Shown piece after piece: positions 60,719 to 64,000 of a stretch of DNA of 64,000 nt (position 1 is the first letter of the stretch; each line of letters begins with the position of its first letter). The stretch is from a virus. Lineage: Duplodnaviria; Heunggongvirae; Uroviricota; Caudoviricetes. The notes under the pieces were generated by a model. The model was not told the DNA's origin. It saw only the letters and a list, made by a program, of their open reading frames with translations, and did no database searches. A program made the position numbers and the translations under genes. Where the stretch lies: the IMG/VR virus record IMGVR_UViG_3300033070_001087, positions 16,177 to 80,176 of that record. The stretch is one strand, 5' to 3'.

Positions 60719-62626
60719 TTGATTGAAAAAAATCAGATTCCTTGGGGTGAGATAGGGTACATTGTATTTAAACGAACTTACGCCAGAAAATTGAACGAAA
60801 ACGACATAAATTCAAAGACAGAAGAATTCGAAGATGTTGTTAATAGAGAATTAAAAGCCTCTGAAACACAACTTAAAGTGAACTTTACAGAATATGAAAA
60901 AGAGAGATACAAACAACTAAGAATGCAACTTAAATTTAGTCCTGCTGGACGATTTATGTGGCAACTAGGAACGAAAACCGTGGACAAATTAGGCTTGCCA
61001 AGTTTGCAAAACTGCGCTTTTACAGTTGTTAATGATCCAATTAAACCATTTGTTTGGACTTTTGAATTATTAATGCTTGGTGCAGGTGTAGGTTATAATA
61101 TACAAAAACATAATGTATATCAATTACCTAAACTTAAATCAAAAATTAAGATTGAAAGAAAAGAAGAAAACGATGTAGATTTTATTGTACCTGACAACAG
61201 AGAAGGTTGGATAAAATTATTATCAAAGGTTTTAAAAGCTCATTTCTATTCAGGTAAAGGATTTAGCTATTCAACTAAATGTGTGCGTCCTAAGGGACAA
61301 CCTATAAAATCTTTTGGTGGAATTTCTTCTGGTCCAGAAGATTTAGTATGGGGAATTGAAGAAATTCATAAGATTCTAAATTCCAGAGCTAACAAAAAAC
61401 TAAGACCTATTGATTGTTTAGATATAATGAATATTATTGGTTTTGTTGTAGTTTCAGGTAATGTAAGAAGAAGTGCACAAATTGCAATAGGTGATCATGA
61501 TGATTTTGAATTCTTAAAAGCTAAAAGGTGGGATTTAGGTCCAATACCAAAATGGCGAAGTATGTCTAATAACTCTATAGCTTTACCTGATAATTTTGAA
61601 GATATTCCACAAGAATTTTGGGATACTTATCAGCAAGGAGAGCCGTACGGAATTATTAATATTGAATTGTCTAAAAAGATTGGAAGAACTAATGATACAC
61701 GTTATCCTGATCCCGATGTGGAAGGATTTAATCCTTGTGCAGAACAGTCTTTAGTTGATAAGGAAACTTGTTGCTTAGCAGAGTTATATCTACCTAGAAT
61801 CACAACTTATGAAGAGTTACTTGAGTGTATGACATATGCATATAGAATGTGCAAGCATTCTTTAGCTTTACATTGTCATATTAAAGACACTGAAGATATT
61901 GTTCATAAAAATATGAGAATGGGTATAGGTGTAACTGGATATTTACAAGCAACTGAACAACAAAGAGAATGGCTAACGAATGCGTATGAATGGTTAAGGA
62001 AATATGATGAGGAATATTCAAAGTTAAATGGATTTCCTATAAGTATTAAGCTAACAACTTGTAAGCCTTCAGGTACATTATCATTGTTACCTGGTGTCAC
62101 ACCAGGTGTACATCCCAATCCAGCTGGACCTTACTATATTCGTAGAGTAAGAATAGCATCGAATTCACCTCTAGTAGAGGTTTGTAGAACTCATGGTTAT
62201 CATATCGAACCTCAGAGGAATTTTGACAAAACAATTGATAACTCTACCATGGTAATTAGTTTTCCATGTAGAGTATCAGAAGACACACCAATTGAATCTC
62301 AATTTACTTGGAAAGAACAACTTGATACTGTTAGACGATTACAAAAAGAATGGTCTGATAATTCAGTATCTTGTACTGTTTATTATAAACTTGAAGATAT
62401 TCCAGAGATTAAACAATATCTTAAAGAACATTTAAAGAGTGAAATAAAAACAGTATCTTTCCTATTAGCAAGTGATCATGGCTTTGATCAAGCTCCTTTT
62501 GAAACTATTTCGAAAGAAAGATATTTTGAAATGATTGAAAATGTTAAGCCTATTACTTCAATTGAGATCAAAGAAGAAGATATGCAGCTACAAGATTGTG
62601 ATAATGGTAGCTGTCCAATTAAGTAA
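60719..62626 (+). CDS. nrdJ: ribonucleotide reductase, class II-like (B12-dependent monomeric type)
   Basis: LGAGVGYN glycine loop and the NPCAEQSL active-site Cys-Glu motif, as NPCGEQ in NrdJ. 635 aa. C-terminal CDNGSCP cysteine pair. Confidence 0.5.
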   Translation: MIEKNQIPWGEIGYIVFKRTYARKLNENDINSKTEEFEDVVNRELKASETQLKVNFTEYEKERYKQLRMQLKFSPAGRFMWQLGTKTVDKLGLPSLQNCAFTVVNDPIKPFVWTFELLMLGAGVGYNIQKHNVYQLPKLKSKIKIERKEENDVDFIVPDNREGWIKLLSKVLKAHFYSGKGFSYSTKCVRPKGQPIKSFGGISSGPEDLVWGIEEIHKILNSRANKKLRPIDCLDIMNIIGFVVVSGNVRRSAQIAIGDHDDFEFLKAKRWDLGPIPKWRSMSNNSIALPDNFEDIPQEFWDTYQQGEPYGIINIELSKKIGRTNDTRYPDPDVEGFNPCAEQSLVDKETCCLAELYLPRITTYEELLECMTYAYRMCKHSLALHCHIKDTEDIVHKNMRMGIGVTGYLQATEQQREWLTNAYEWLRKYDEEYSKLNGFPISIKLTTCKPSGTLSLLPGVTPGVHPNPAGPYYIRRVRIASNSPLVEVCRTHGYHIEPQRNFDKTIDNSTMVISFPCRVSEDTPIESQFTWKEQLDTVRRLQKEWSDNSVSCTVYYKLEDIPEIKQYLKEHLKSEIKTVSFLLASDHGFDQAPFETISKERYFEMIENVKPITSIEIKEEDMQLQDCDNGSCPIK

Positions 62627-62628
62627 AC

Positions 62629-63078
62629 TTGATTAAAAATAAAATGGGTCTAAGAGAAATCAATAGACAATTAAAGAATGATTTTGCACCTAGAGAACTT
62701 CGGGTGCAAGGTCTTCTTAGAAAACGAAAAGAAACATTAGAGCAGTTCTTAGTTGACTTCTTCAACAAATGGAATAAAGAAAAGGATACTCTATATGTAG
62801 ATACGCAAGAAGTTCAAACAAAACCAGGTAAAAGAAGAAGTTTTGCAGATATCTATGCGATAGTAAATTATTATTATCCAAAGACTCATGTTCGTGACTT
62901 AAGAACTTTACTTTACATAACTTTACCAGAATTAATTCCTAATTTTAGAACATCTCCATGTAGTATAATTAAGAAAAGAGTATGGTACAAAGGAAATCCA
63001 GACCAAGAAACAGCCATTATAAGTAAAACACATATTGATGAATTCGGTATGACAGTACAAGAATGGTTAGACCTTTAA
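62629..63078 (+). CDS. hypothetical protein
   Basis: 149-aa ORF. Confidence 0.35.
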   Translation: MIKNKMGLREINRQLKNDFAPRELRVQGLLRKRKETLEQFLVDFFNKWNKEKDTLYVDTQEVQTKPGKRRSFADIYAIVNYYYPKTHVRDLRTLLYITLPELIPNFRTSPCSIIKKRVWYKGNPDQETAIISKTHIDEFGMTVQEWLDL

Positions 63079-63386
63079 AACAACAACAAATATCAATGAA
63101 AAAATCAGCACAACTGGCTTTACAGCCAAAAAGAGTAAAAACCTCTAAGAGTGAAATCTCAAGATTAATCAAAAATTCTAACGGAAAATTTATTACAGTA
63201 ACATTTGGTACTAAAAAAGATCCTATAAGAACAATGAATTGTGTATTTCCAAAAAACCTGGGTGACAACCCTGCTAAACAGTTAGGACACATAACTGTTA
63301 AAGCTATCAAAGAAGATGGCTATCGTAATATTGATCCACGAAAATTGCAGTCTGCAAAAATTGGTGGTGTAGAATACTACGTGTAA
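63063..63386 (+). CDS. hypothetical basic protein
   Basis: 107-aa ORF. Confidence 0.35.
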   Translation: MVRPLKQQQISMKKSAQLALQPKRVKTSKSEISRLIKNSNGKFITVTFGTKKDPIRTMNCVFPKNLGDNPAKQLGHITVKAIKEDGYRNIDPRKLQSAKIGGVEYYV

Positions 63387-63393
63387 CAATAAA

Positions 63394-63488
63394 GAGTGTG
63401 GCAGGATGCAAGCTTGGTTCGATTCCAGGGGTAGAGAGATGGTCTGCGTAGCTCGCTGTACAGGGGTTCAATTTCCCCTGCACACTCC
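63394..63488 (+). ncRNA. aberrant tRNA-like element (7-bp acceptor, two T-arm-like hairpins)
   Basis: Perfect acceptor GAGTGTG/CACACTC, then C. Internal hairpins CTTGG-TTCGATT-CCAGG and CAGGGG-TTCAATTT-CCCCTG. No canonical D or anticodon arms found by hand. Confidence 0.3.
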
Positions 63489-63504
63489 AAACTAAATTTA
63501 AAAA

Positions 63505-63639
63505 TATGAAAAAACTATCAATGATCGTTGCTTGGGTAATAATTCTAAGTGCTATAGCATATGATGATGCTAAAACTAAATACGAAGATTGGAAAGAAAA
63601 AAGATTGCGTAAAAAGATAATTAGAAAGTTGAATAAGTG
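63505..63639 (+). CDS. small membrane protein
   Basis: 44-aa ORF MKKLSMIVAWVIILSAIAYDD... with a hydrophobic helix. Below the ORF-track cutoff. Confidence 0.25.
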
Positions 63640-64000
63640 ATAAAAGAAACAGATAACTTCGATCAGATATTAGACTTAATGATGTTTGATAATCCTAATG
63701 AATTTTACTTCGTACAGATAATTCAAAGGAAGAAAGAAGTTGCAGAATTAGATAGAAGTAATAGGATGATTAAAGCTTATTACGTTTACTCTAAAGAGAA
63801 ACTAAAAGAATACAAAACAGAAATTATCACTCTCTGTAGAACTCTAAATGCAAGAGCTTATATTCACTTTAACAAAAGAAACGATAAAGTAGTAGCTTTA
63901 GATTGTATGAAAGAGTTAGCTCATTATATTCAGGTAGAACAATATGTTGCAATAAATAAAATTTATAATACATGCTGTGGAAGATCTTATTCTAAATATA
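63637..64000 (+). CDS. hypothetical protein (5' partial in window)
   Basis: Open frame from GTG 63637 to the end of the window. Confidence 0.3.
   Translation, partial: MIKETDNFDQILDLMMFDNPNEFYFVQIIQRKKEVAELDRSNRMIKAYYVYSKEKLKEYKTEIITLCRTLNARAYIHFNKRNDKVVALDCMKELAHYIQVEQYVAINKIYNTCCGRSYSKY

Noticed and set aside
1-64000. CRISPR arrays, integrase/attachment sites, transposase-type mobile elements
   Set aside because: No regularly spaced direct repeats. No tyrosine- or serine-recombinase-like ORFs. No terminal inverted repeats. The only mobile elements are homing endonuclease genes and introns.

Overview
The window is an AT-rich, densely coded stretch of a tailed dsDNA phage or prophage genome. 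Plus-strand start regions carry A-rich leaders of the form taaaaacacaATG and no GGAGG Shine-Dalgarno, which suggests a Bacteroidetes-type host (inference).

Coordinates 1-19255 form a minus-strand morphogenesis block. In transcription order it runs from a small HTH regulator and small genes, through large terminase, portal, a free-standing GIY-YIG homing endonuclease, an acidic scaffold-like protein and a putative major capsid, to structural proteins and tail fibres.

A divergent regulatory region with a palindromic operator-like repeat sits at about 19.3-20.0 kb.

From 19980 onward a plus-strand block encodes small accessory ORFs, replication and nucleotide-metabolism genes, and several tRNAs. 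It includes a split family-B DNA polymerase, an SF2 helicase, a split DnaB-like helicase, a DnaQ-like exonuclease, a P-loop ATPase, a TOPRIM primase, uracil-DNA glycosylase, dUTPase and a class II ribonucleotide reductase. The tRNAs are Trp, Met, His, Phe and Thr.

The most notable observations are:
1. A Ro60-like protein (TROVE plus vWA domains) lies next to an ORF-free, hairpin-dense region of about 2 kb. It is flanked by two tRNA-like RNAs that keep acceptor, D and T arms and an encoded CCA but lack an anticodon arm. These are candidate phage Y RNAs.
2. Three apparent group I introns interrupt a peptidase-C26/GATase1 gene, the polB gene and the DnaB-like helicase gene. Each has a U at the 5' exon end, a terminal G, and exon junctions that restore conserved catalytic motifs. 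They carry, respectively, an HNH ORF on the antisense strand, a GIY-YIG ORF, and an ORF of unknown family.
3. A contiguous cluster encodes a GGCT/AIG2-like protein, an ATP-grasp protein, a C26 peptidase, a class-II (Ntn) glutamine amidotransferase-domain protein and a GCS2-like amidoligase. A second, intron-containing C26 paralog lies elsewhere. This looks like a phage-encoded gamma-glutamyl or peptide ligation-and-modification system.
4. A dUTPase carries a large insertion between motifs III and IV.
5. An aberrant tRNA-like element lies at the 3' end of the window.
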